A stretch of DNA of 64,000 nucleotides, from assembly GCA_947084935.1 (NCBI GenBank), contig CAMTUH010000010.1, positions 4,538 to 68,537 of the forward strand, given 5' to 3'. The position numbers and the translations under genes are program-made. This DNA comes from an uncultured Coxiellaceae bacterium (lineage in GTDB: Bacteria; Pseudomonadota; Gammaproteobacteria; Coxiellales; Coxiellaceae). Position 1 is the first letter of the stretch. Each line of letters opens with the position of its first letter. Positions 33,867-41,889 of the stretch are shown here, in pieces. Under the pieces are notes generated by a model that saw only the letters and a list, made by a program, of their open reading frames with translations, did not search any database and had not been told where the DNA came from.

Positions 33867-34205
33867 CTAGTCATACATCAACTCATCCAAAGACACCGCG
33901 TCTTTGGATGAGCTGTTTTTGACGAGTTCATTGACGACGTCGAGAATACAAAATAACCGCAAAATATCCGGCGTGAATTGATCGAATTTCACTTTCACAC
34001 CAAGCAGAGATTTTTCAACGTCTTCGTAGGTGGCGCCTAATCCGTATCCTAAACACAGTGAAGCCAATTGATCCGCCCGCTTGGTAAGGCCAGGCAATAA
34101 TCCGGTTTCAGAAAACATTTCCGTGTGCGTGATGGGGCGGCCTTTTAAGGTAAAGGTAGCGCCGAGTTCTTTGGCCATGGCCGCGAGTTTTGTCCCGATA
34201 TCCAT
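33867..34205 (-). CDS. icmS: Dot/Icm chaperone/adaptor IcmS
   Basis: FSETGLLPGLTKRADQLASLCLGYGLGATYED ... LDELMYD* is near-collinear with Legionella IcmS. Confidence 0.92.
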   Translation of the reverse strand: MDIGTKLAAMAKELGATFTLKGRPITHTEMFSETGLLPGLTKRADQLASLCLGYGLGATYEDVEKSLLGVKVKFDQFTPDILRLFCILDVVNELVKNSSSKDAVSLDELMYD

Positions 34206-34463
34206 TTAGGTATCCCACCACGGGACGGCGATTTTACGCCGTCCCGCAATTAAGTTGCGAAACCACCGAAAAAAAACTTCAATGCTAAAACCATAGCGGT
34301 TAAGAATGGTGAAAAACAGCATGGCAACGACCGCCACGATGAGTGTCCACCAACGAATATGCAGTAAAAACAATAACATTGGGAATGCCGTTTTACCGTC
34401 CCAAATGAAAAATTTGACCGGCCGTGCCGAATCGCGCCAGTGTGCTTCGTTGAGTGGTTTCAT
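34206..34463 (-). CDS. icmT: Dot/Icm inner-membrane protein IcmT
   Basis: AHWRDSARP..F..D...AFP.LLFLLHI.WWT.IVAV..MLFFT.LNRYGF.....FRW.RN..AG.RK.A.PWW matches IcmT. Confidence 0.92.
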   Translation of the reverse strand: MKPLNEAHWRDSARPVKFFIWDGKTAFPMLLFLLHIRWWTLIVAVVAMLFFTILNRYGFSIEVFFRWFRNLIAGRRKIAVPWWDT

Positions 34464-34472
34464 AGAGGTTTA

Positions 34473-34505
34473 ATTCTATGGGCAAAACCTTAAGAAAGTA
34501 TTAAA
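34473..34505 (-). promoter_or_regulatory. PmrA-box promoter of icmT-icmS
   Basis: Minus strand reads TTTAATACT-TT-CTTAAGG-N9-TAGAAT. Only 9 nt separate the -10 from the icmT ATG. Confidence 0.6.
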
Positions 34506-34520
34506 TAATGCAATATTTAT

Positions 34521-34553
34521 GTTAATGTTTCCTTAAGCTTCGTATCGTAGAAT
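34521..34553 (+). promoter_or_regulatory. PmrA-box promoter of the icmQ operon
   Basis: GTTAATGTT-TC-CTTAAGC-N9-TAGAAT. The -10 ends 30 nt before the ATG at 34584. Confidence 0.6.
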
Positions 34554-34558
34554 GGGTT

Positions 34559-34576
34559 CTTAATCAATATTTAAGG
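34559..34576 (+). promoter_or_regulatory. third PmrA-like box without a -10, overlapping the RBS of the small ORF
   Basis: CTTAATCAA-TA-TTTAAGG starts 6 nt after the icmQ-side -10. No TAnnnT follows at +9. Confidence 0.3.
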
Positions 34577-34583
34577 ACCTATT

Positions 34584-34730
34584 ATGCGCACAGAACCCGA
34601 TACAATTAAACAAGCGTGTAACGATTTTTCGCAGCTGTTATCCTCCGTTTTAGAGGACGTTACGAATCATTGCGATCAGAACAACAATTCGATCAAAATG
34701 ATCAAATCTCTCGGAGGCGGGCACCCGTGA
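34584..34730 (+). CDS. small ORF (48 aa) immediately upstream of icmQ; candidate IcmR-type (FIR) partner
   Basis: ATG with SD AAGGA at 6-nt spacing. MRTEPDTIKQACNDFSQLLSSVLEDVTNHCDQNNNSIKMIKSLGGGHP. Its TGA overlaps a GTG (GTGA) that has its own GGAGG SD 9 nt upstream. Confidence 0.3.
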   Translation: MRTEPDTIKQACNDFSQLLSSVLEDVTNHCDQNNNSIKMIKSLGGGHP

Positions 34731-35440
34731 CCTTCCCATTATCCACTGCACACGTTGATTTAAAAAACGAAGAATTAAAGCGTCGTTTGATGGAATGCGT
34801 CAATGAGGAAAAGAATAGTTTCTTGCCTCTGGCTGAAAAATTTTATCAAACCCGAAAACGCAGCGATACTGATTATCATCAATTGTGCACCGCGATTATT
34901 GCCGCGGTCGATCACGTGTTAAATGCGGGCGAGTGGGATTCGTCTTTATTTCTACGCAGCACGCTAAAACCGCTCAAAGAAATCCGCGAGCACGCGTTGA
35001 AATTGCTGGAAAATTTAAGCGGCGCACAAACACCTGCCAAATACACATCGCCAACGCTGTCTGAGAATTTTGTTAAATTATATATTTCCTTGTATCAAGC
35101 CGCCGGGCACGATCTTAATTTGTGGGCGGCGCAACTGGCATCGATTTCCAGCTACACGATTGGCCGTCCGGTTTATGAATCGGAAGAAAATGTCGTTCAG
35201 TCCATTCGTCGAAAGTTGTCTCAAGTATCTGAGGCCTACATCGTGGTTTCCGTGGATAAATCGAAAATTTTAGGCGTCGATAATTTTCGTCCGCGCAAAG
35301 ATCGATTCGGGAACACCTTAGTCAGCTTGTTGCCGAATGCGGTTTGCAGCGAAGACATTCTTGAATTTGTTCATCTGGAAAAGCGTTATTATTTTTCCCA
35401 CGGGAATTTATTACCAATAAATAACGAGGTCGCCGCGTAA
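34727..35440 (+). CDS. icmQ: Dot/Icm protein IcmQ
   Basis: AGEWDSSLFLRSTLKPLKEIREHALKLL parallels Legionella IcmQ GPWDKSNFLRVIGKKLIAIRDRF. GTG at 34727 (SD GGAGG) preferred over the ORF-track TTG at 34670. Confidence 0.75.
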   Translation: MTFPLSTAHVDLKNEELKRRLMECVNEEKNSFLPLAEKFYQTRKRSDTDYHQLCTAIIAAVDHVLNAGEWDSSLFLRSTLKPLKEIREHALKLLENLSGAQTPAKYTSPTLSENFVKLYISLYQAAGHDLNLWAAQLASISSYTIGRPVYESEENVVQSIRRKLSQVSEAYIVVSVDKSKILGVDNFRPRKDRFGNTLVSLLPNAVCSEDILEFVHLEKRYYFSHGNLLPINNEVAA

Positions 35441-36604
35441 ATGAATCCCTCGCAGCAAAATGCCACGGATCAAACCGCCAATTTCTTTTGGCTATTGGCG
35501 TTGCTCACCATGGGCGCTATTGTGCTCTGGTGGCTCGAAGAGCGGTGGATTGTCGCTGGGATTTTTTTCATCCGCCACTATGAAATCGATCTGATTCAAT
35601 GGATCGTGAGCGGAATTAACAAGCTAATAGCATGGATAAATTTTCCATCTATTGATTTGCATAAATTGAATTATTGGCAACATTTTATGGCAGTTGCGGA
35701 TAAAGAAAAAGTTACTTTTCCGCAGGTGGGCTCGCTCAGTCATGCGGTGGGCCTTTGGATGCGTTATCCCGTGATGGTTATTTTGCTGGGTCTTGCGGCG
35801 TGGATGTTGTATCGAAATAAAAACTCACGATTTCATCACACGTATACCATGGACAGCTTAAAGAAATACGAAGTGGAGAACTGGCCGCAAATTACGCCCG
35901 TATTGTCGTTAAATTTATTACAAGAAGACTTGGATAAAGGCCGATGGGCGATGGCTAAATTGCCAATGGATTTTTGCAAAGAGAATGATTTACTGGAGCT
36001 GGGTGAAAGCCCCGATAAAAAAAAGACGTGGTCGATCAAAGAAGGTCCGGCAGAACGGTGTTTGGTGCTGCAACTGGGCCCGTTGTGGCAAGGGCCGTTG
36101 GCGTTGCCCATTCACGTCAAAGCGCTGTTGGTTATTTTTATCGCGCGCGCGAAACGCGAACATAAAATTGCAGAAAACTTTATTGATCAAATCAGTCATT
36201 CCGCAATTCATGGGAAGTTAGATTTTACTGGCGTTGAAGAGCAATTGGAGAAATACAAAGACTCGAAAGTGCTTAAATGGATCGAGAGACGACATGCGTA
36301 CGTCGGTACATTGATGGCTTCGTTATTAGAAATTGCGCGGTTGGAAGGCGTGTTGGCGTCGGCTGAATTTTTATGGCTAAAGCCCGTCGATCGACGCTTG
36401 TGGTACATACTCAATAGCGTGGGGCGACAAACGGCGGTGGTTGAAGTGGCGGGGTTGTTCGCACATTGGTTGGCGGAAAAACGTTTGAAGCAGTCGCTTC
36501 GTACACCCATGGTTGTTGAAGCCGTCAAAGCTTTGCAAGAGGACGTGAAAAACATACTCTACATTGGAGAAGAAGAACGATGGCATACCAGCCGCGCGGC
36601 CTAG
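35441..36604 (+). CDS. icmP: Dot/Icm coupling-complex protein IcmP/DotM
   Basis: 387 aa with N-terminal TM helices and a cytoplasmic domain. Start abuts the icmQ stop. Position upstream of icmO. Confidence 0.8.
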   Translation: MNPSQQNATDQTANFFWLLALLTMGAIVLWWLEERWIVAGIFFIRHYEIDLIQWIVSGINKLIAWINFPSIDLHKLNYWQHFMAVADKEKVTFPQVGSLSHAVGLWMRYPVMVILLGLAAWMLYRNKNSRFHHTYTMDSLKKYEVENWPQITPVLSLNLLQEDLDKGRWAMAKLPMDFCKENDLLELGESPDKKKTWSIKEGPAERCLVLQLGPLWQGPLALPIHVKALLVIFIARAKREHKIAENFIDQISHSAIHGKLDFTGVEEQLEKYKDSKVLKWIERRHAYVGTLMASLLEIARLEGVLASAEFLWLKPVDRRLWYILNSVGRQTAVVEVAGLFAHWLAEKRLKQSLRTPMVVEAVKALQEDVKNILYIGEEERWHTSRAA

Positions 36605-38946
36605 AAGAAAAACACGAGCGCTTTCACTCGCACGTGCTGCGCGATACGCGCACGCTCAGTGTTCGCATTGCCGATTTCCTCAAGAATCCGCGGCAGATGG
36701 CGCTGTTTTTATGCGTCTGTACCGCGTTTGCATTTGTCATTCCTTATTTCAGCGATTTAATCTTGCTGATTGGTGTGGGTGCTTTTTTTTATTGCTACAC
36801 GAGAAAGCAAGTACTTCCGTTTCGCATGCCCATGCGTTCACGTCTAAAAGATCACAACGATCCCCTGCCGGGTGGCCGCAATAAACCTCGAGCGGCGCGA
36901 GGAATTTATTATTTTGGCAACGCGAATAAAACAAAAGAAGAGCTTTGGTTCAGCAACGAAGACATGCGAACGCACGTCTTGATTTTCGGATCGACCGGTA
37001 GCGGTAAAACGGAAGCAATGATTTCGCTTGCGTACAACGCGCTGTTGCAATCCAGCGGCTTTATTTACGTCGACGGTAAGGGCGACAATTCGCTATACGC
37101 CAAACTGTTTTCTATGGCGCGAAGCATGGGGCGCGAAGACGATTTACTGCTGATTAATTTTATGACGGGTGCACGCGATATTATCGGGCCACAAGAAAAA
37201 CGGTTGTCCAACACACTGAATCCATTTGCGCGCGGTTCGTCCAGCATGTTGGCTCAATTGGTTGTGAGCATGATGGACAAAGCGGCCGGCACTCCCGATG
37301 GCGATATGTGGAAAGGCCGTGCGATTGCGTTTACTGAGGCGCTGATGAAAGTTTTGGTGGCCATGCGTGATGCCGGACACATTTTGCTTGATGCCAACTC
37401 GATTCGAAATTATTTTCACTTGCCAAAACTGGAGGCCATCGTTTGCGATAAATTATTCTTGCGCGACGGTGAAGAGCCTATTAATTTAGAAAACGTACCG
37501 CCCTCGGTCATCGAGCCGATCGTTAATTACGTACTGACCTTACCCGGTTACAACAAAGAGAAAAAGGGAAAACAAGTCTCGCAAGTGTTGGAGCAACACG
37601 GATTCATTACGATGCAATTGGTGCGGGTGTTTACCTCGTTGGCCGACACCTACGGTCACATTATGCGAACCAAGCTTGCTGAAGTGGATTTGCACGACGT
37701 TGTGCTCAATCGACGAATTTTATGCGTGCTGTTGCCCGCATTGGAAAAATCGCCTGATGAATTATCGAACTTGGGTAAAATCATCGTATCCACGTTGCGG
37801 GCCATGATGGCTTCGGGTTTGGGCGAACACGTGGAGGGGGAATATTCCGATTTAATCGATGCAAAACCCACTAATGCGCGAACGCCTTATTTGTGTATTC
37901 TTGATGAATACGGTTACTACGCCGTCGAAGGTTTTGCCGTTGTGCCGGCACAAGCTCGATCGTTGGGATTTTCGGTGGTATTTGCCGGACAAGATTTACC
38001 GGCGTTTCAAAAGGCTTCTAAAGAAGAAGCGGCGTCGATTGGTGCCAACACCAACATTAAAATTTGTATGAAGCTCGAAGATCCGACGGAAACCTGGGAT
38101 TTCTTCATGAAGTCCGCCGGGGAATCGTACGTGACGCACGTGGAAAGTTTTCAAGTCGATCAAGGCAGCGTTTTGGGGACGTATCAGGATGCACGCGGTG
38201 CCCGCGTAGAAAAACGCGCGCGAATTGATTTGTTGGATTTGAAAGAGCAGCGTGAAGGAGAGGCGCATTTCTTTTTTAAATCGAAAGTCGTTCGGGGTAA
38301 ATTTTTCTACGCCAATCCAAAAGCCGTTAAACGAATGCGATTGAATCACTTACTTAAAGTAGACGATCCCGAAGACGCGGAAGTTGAAAAATTGATAAAA
38401 TCTTTTGATCAATTCGAAAAATTATCGAGCGCGGGTGTCGTATTCTCCGATATGGAGGCCAGCAATGAGGAGGTGGATCGAATAGCGCAAGTATTTCATG
38501 AGAACGAAACGATGCAACCAATCGATTGTTCCGTAGCGGCCTTGAGCAAATTCTTCACGAAAACCGATATCCCTGTTTCTTTTTTAAGTGAGGCACCAGA
38601 AACGATCGACGTCGATAACCTCAATGTATTTGCGCCGCTGCGTATTTCCAATCACTTAAAAGGTTTGATTATCACAAAAGATTTGGATCAGTTTCGGAAA
38701 CCTTTGCTCACTCGTTCCGATACGCGCGATCAAGTTGAATACATACAGCGATTGTGTGGAAAATCGAGTCAGCAAGCGATGAACATTGCTATTGAATTGG
38801 TGGGGGATATGGAAAAGGGGACTCAATATCCACCGGAAGTTAAATCGAAGGCGACGGGGCCTGAGTTGGCGCAAGGTGTTGAAGCAATGATACAAGCGAT
38901 TACGCTGAAGAAGAAAGAGGCGCAAGACAAGAATAAGTCGAAGTAA
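36580..38946 (+). CDS. icmO: Dot/Icm type IV coupling protein IcmO/DotL
   Basis: 788 aa with two N-terminal TM helices, Walker A GSTGSGKTE and Walker B CILDEYG. VirD4/TraG-like ATPase. Confidence 0.92.
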   Translation: MAYQPRGLEEKHERFHSHVLRDTRTLSVRIADFLKNPRQMALFLCVCTAFAFVIPYFSDLILLIGVGAFFYCYTRKQVLPFRMPMRSRLKDHNDPLPGGRNKPRAARGIYYFGNANKTKEELWFSNEDMRTHVLIFGSTGSGKTEAMISLAYNALLQSSGFIYVDGKGDNSLYAKLFSMARSMGREDDLLLINFMTGARDIIGPQEKRLSNTLNPFARGSSSMLAQLVVSMMDKAAGTPDGDMWKGRAIAFTEALMKVLVAMRDAGHILLDANSIRNYFHLPKLEAIVCDKLFLRDGEEPINLENVPPSVIEPIVNYVLTLPGYNKEKKGKQVSQVLEQHGFITMQLVRVFTSLADTYGHIMRTKLAEVDLHDVVLNRRILCVLLPALEKSPDELSNLGKIIVSTLRAMMASGLGEHVEGEYSDLIDAKPTNARTPYLCILDEYGYYAVEGFAVVPAQARSLGFSVVFAGQDLPAFQKASKEEAASIGANTNIKICMKLEDPTETWDFFMKSAGESYVTHVESFQVDQGSVLGTYQDARGARVEKRARIDLLDLKEQREGEAHFFFKSKVVRGKFFYANPKAVKRMRLNHLLKVDDPEDAEVEKLIKSFDQFEKLSSAGVVFSDMEASNEEVDRIAQVFHENETMQPIDCSVAALSKFFTKTDIPVSFLSEAPETIDVDNLNVFAPLRISNHLKGLIITKDLDQFRKPLLTRSDTRDQVEYIQRLCGKSSQQAMNIAIELVGDMEKGTQYPPEVKSKATGPELAQGVEAMIQAITLKKKEAQDKNKSK

Positions 38947-39030
38947 AAAATTTTGGGTATTAGCCTTAAGAGGTCGTTAAATTAAAGCAAGGAGAAATTA
39001 TCAATGGATTGATAAACATGATGAGTAAAA

Positions 39031-39576
39031 ATGTTTATGAATCGTTATATAAAAACTCTGATTTTACTAAGCGCTGTATTGGCGTTGAGCGCGTGTGCGC
39101 CGAAAGTCCACTATAAGCCAGCACCGAATCCAACCTTAGCTGAAATTCGCGACACGTATATTCAAGAATTGCGTGACAGCGGGGTTCAAGTCATTCAGCT
39201 GGGCGAAACCCTGCGTTTTGTGGTGCCGAGTGATGGCGTGTTTAATCCGGGCTCGGCGAACCTCATCGATAATTTCCGGCCTACGCTGAAAATGCTGGCG
39301 CACTTGATGCGAACCTACGATAAAGTCAACGTGAAAGTGGCGGCGTATACCGATAATTCTGAAACCATTAATCACCAACAGGCATTAACGACGCGACAGG
39401 CACAAGTCATTGCAAGTTACTTGTGGGCGCATGGCGTTGACGCCCGATTGGAATACGCCGTTGGCTACAACCGAAAAAATCCGGTGGATTCGAACGGGAG
39501 TGATGGTGGGCGTCATAACAATCGACGTGTTGAAATCAGTTTTCGATTTTATCCGAAACAACTGGGTTATGTGTGA
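39031..39576 (+). CDS. icmN: Dot/Icm OmpA-like lipoprotein IcmN/DotK
   Basis: Lipobox LALSAC. C-terminal OmpA/peptidoglycan-binding motif (TDN....NHQQALTTRQAQVIASYL...NRRVEISF). Confidence 0.85.
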   Translation: MFMNRYIKTLILLSAVLALSACAPKVHYKPAPNPTLAEIRDTYIQELRDSGVQVIQLGETLRFVVPSDGVFNPGSANLIDNFRPTLKMLAHLMRTYDKVNVKVAAYTDNSETINHQQALTTRQAQVIASYLWAHGVDARLEYAVGYNRKNPVDSNGSDGGRHNNRRVEISFRFYPKQLGYV

Positions 39577-40205
39577 CAGTGATGAACGTTGATATTGAAC
39601 AAGGTGCAATGCAAAAAAACAATTACTACCGCGATAATTATCGTCGCGTGATGTTCTTTTTGCTAATCTTAATCGCGATTGCGTTGGGATTGTCGGGTGT
39701 ACTGGCTTATCAGATTCTGACAACCTCGCAACCCAAATATTTCGCCAGCACCACTACGGGTCGCGTTATTCCGTTGCAGTCGTTGAGCATGCCGGTCGTA
39801 ACGAATTCGTATTTGTTGCAATGGGCCGAGTTGGCCGCTCGATCGTGCTACAACTTGGATTTTCTTAATTATCCGAAGCAGCTCGATCAAGCGGTTTCAT
39901 ATTTTACGCCCGACGGTTGGCAGTCGTTTACGAGCGCCATGAAGTCAGCCGGGGTCATTGATTCGTTGAAAGAGAATAAGCTGTTTATGGCGGCCGTCGT
40001 CGATGGCCCGCCGGTTATTTTAGGGCAAGAAGTGATTCGTGGACGATACGCGTGGCGTGTGCAGTTGCCGCTGTTGGTGACGTACACCAGTGCCAATGAA
40101 CAACGCAAATCGCATTTTATTATCACGATGGATATCGTGCGCGTGCCCGTCATCGATGCAGTTAAAAGCATACAAATTAATAATTTTAGCGCGGCTAGAG
40201 AGTGA
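39573..40205 (+). CDS. icmL.1: IcmL/DotI paralog 1 (in the icmM/dotJ position)
   Basis: Full-length paralog of the next gene. Shared blocks: YRDNYRR, TM helix, YFA(S/T)T..GR.I.L, LQWA, F.PDGW, G.(Y/F)AW.(V/I), (L/I)LV.YTS, I.INNF. Confidence 0.75.
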   Translation: MTVMNVDIEQGAMQKNNYYRDNYRRVMFFLLILIAIALGLSGVLAYQILTTSQPKYFASTTTGRVIPLQSLSMPVVTNSYLLQWAELAARSCYNLDFLNYPKQLDQAVSYFTPDGWQSFTSAMKSAGVIDSLKENKLFMAAVVDGPPVILGQEVIRGRYAWRVQLPLLVTYTSANEQRKSHFIITMDIVRVPVIDAVKSIQINNFSAARE

Positions 40206-40206
40206 T

Positions 40207-40881
40207 ATGGCAAAACCCAATGAAGGACTAAAATTAATTATCCTACGAAACGCGTTTTATCGTGATAATTACCGGCGCGCACTCATTGCTGCGCTGTTGG
40301 TTTTTGTATTTAATTGCGTTTTGGTGGGCTTGATTTTTTATCAGTGGGAAAATCCCCCGCCGCCGGAATATTTTGCGACAACGGCGGACGGAAGAATTAT
40401 TATGCTGCATCCGTTAAGCGATCCGGTGTTGCCCGATGACTTCGTTTTGCAGTGGGCCACGAATTCCGTTCATAAAGCTTTTAGCTTGGACTACGTGCAT
40501 TGGCGTGAACAGTTGCAAGACGCTTCTAATAATTTTACACCGGATGGTTGGAAGTGGTTTTTAAACAGTTTAAAGAGCACGAATAATTTAAAAACTTTAA
40601 CCGATTTAAAAATGGTTTCGGATGCAACCGTAACCGGATCTCCTCAGGTTCAGGAAAAAGCGGTTATTGACGGCCATTTTGCCTGGAAGATAACGATGCC
40701 AATTTTAGTCGCGTACACGAGTGAAGGGCACAACATCAACATGCCCATGAACGTGACGTTGATTGTTATTCGTATGCCGGTGCAAGATTATCCGCAACGA
40801 ATTGCCATCAATAATTTTTTGGCGCAAACGATTAGTACGAATGCGTTGGGTGATCAATTGTCGGGTAATCCGAATGAGTAG
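40207..40881 (+). CDS. icmL.2: Dot/Icm inner-membrane protein IcmL/DotI (paralog 2)
   Basis: ATG at 40207 (MAKPNEGLK..) lies 1 nt after the previous stop, so the ORF-track start at 40090 is an upstream read-through. Same family blocks as above. Confidence 0.85.
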   Translation: MAKPNEGLKLIILRNAFYRDNYRRALIAALLVFVFNCVLVGLIFYQWENPPPPEYFATTADGRIIMLHPLSDPVLPDDFVLQWATNSVHKAFSLDYVHWREQLQDASNNFTPDGWKWFLNSLKSTNNLKTLTDLKMVSDATVTGSPQVQEKAVIDGHFAWKITMPILVAYTSEGHNINMPMNVTLIVIRMPVQDYPQRIAINNFLAQTISTNALGDQLSGNPNE

Positions 40882-40897
40882 GGTAGGGTTGAATAAT

Positions 40898-41887
40898 ATG
40901 AAAATACGAAAAATAGTCATGTGCATCGTTTTTATTAGTTTGAGCGCGAGCGGTGCGTCGATATTTGCCGATACTGGCTATGGCATTCAAACCAACAATC
41001 AACAAACCTCGATCAATGCATTACTGCAAAAAGCGCAAACGAATGTTGCGCAAAATACGAGTCAAACTAATAATTCTAATTCAGCAAATTCGCAAAGTGC
41101 ATCGAATTCAAACCCGAGCACCGGGCTTGGTGATGATGCTTTTGCAAACACGGTACGCAACATGATGCCGTTGTCGCCCGACCAAATTCGCACCTTGCGT
41201 TATTTATTCGATCAAAGTCAACGAGCGGCTTCAACGGATCCGGGAGTGCCGCCGAAACCGACGTCGACGTCGGTGATCGTTAATTTATCGCCAGGAGCAA
41301 CGCCGCCCGTCATTCGTTTGTCGGCGGGATTTGTGACTTCCTTGGTTTTTGTGGATTCCACGGGAGCGCCATGGCCGATTCAAGCGTACGATTTGGGTGA
41401 TCCGCAAACGTTTAACGTCGAATGGGATAAAGTTGGCAACACGTTATTGGTGCAGGCGCTTCGACGGTACACGTCCGGTAATTTGGCGGTGATCTTAAAA
41501 GGATTGGATACGCCTGTCATGGTGACGTTATTGCCCGGACAAGATGCCGTGGATTACCGCGTGGATTTACGTGTTCCCGGTGTTGGGCCTAACGCGAATC
41601 CCGTTTTGGATGGGCTTCCCAATACCGAAAGCCCGGAATTACTCAATGTGTTAAATGGGATACCGCCGCAAGGCAGTCAACAAGTCACCGTGACCGGTGG
41701 AGATTGCGATGCGTGGGTATTAAACGGAAATCTCTTTTTGCGAACGCGTCTTACGGTTTTATCGCCGGCCTGGATTTCGACGATGAGCAGCGCGGACGGC
41801 ACCAACGCATACGAATTGCAAACGACGCCGGTTATACTCGCGTCGCAACGCGGCAAATTAGTTAAATTGACGATTGAAGGGTTGTAA
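40898..41887 (+). CDS. icmK: Dot/Icm outer-membrane core protein IcmK/DotH
   Basis: ATG at 40898 yields a signal peptide (MKIRKIVMCIVFISLSASGASIFA). About 329 aa. Position between icmL and icmE. Confidence 0.85.
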   Translation: MKIRKIVMCIVFISLSASGASIFADTGYGIQTNNQQTSINALLQKAQTNVAQNTSQTNNSNSANSQSASNSNPSTGLGDDAFANTVRNMMPLSPDQIRTLRYLFDQSQRAASTDPGVPPKPTSTSVIVNLSPGATPPVIRLSAGFVTSLVFVDSTGAPWPIQAYDLGDPQTFNVEWDKVGNTLLVQALRRYTSGNLAVILKGLDTPVMVTLLPGQDAVDYRVDLRVPGVGPNANPVLDGLPNTESPELLNVLNGIPPQGSQQVTVTGGDCDAWVLNGNLFLRTRLTVLSPAWISTMSSADGTNAYELQTTPVILASQRGKLVKLTIEGL

Positions 41888-41889
41888 TT

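Noticed and set aside
38964-38984. Possible PmrA box upstream of icmN (GCCTTAAGAGGTCGTTAAATT)
   Set aside because: Only the CTTAAG half-site is present. In the plus orientation there is no TTAAT half 11 nt upstream, and the -10-like TAAATT is 6 nt rather than 9 nt away. In the minus orientation it would point into icmO. Kept out of the six-site set.
40090-40206. ORF-track N-terminal extensions of icmL.2 (40090), icmK (40763), panB (58004), the ATPase (32566), vapB (21537) and the MscK-like gene (54512)
   Set aside because: These extensions use non-ATG codons inside the preceding gene or repeat array. Internal ATGs with an SD, a signal peptide or the conserved N-terminus give better gene models.
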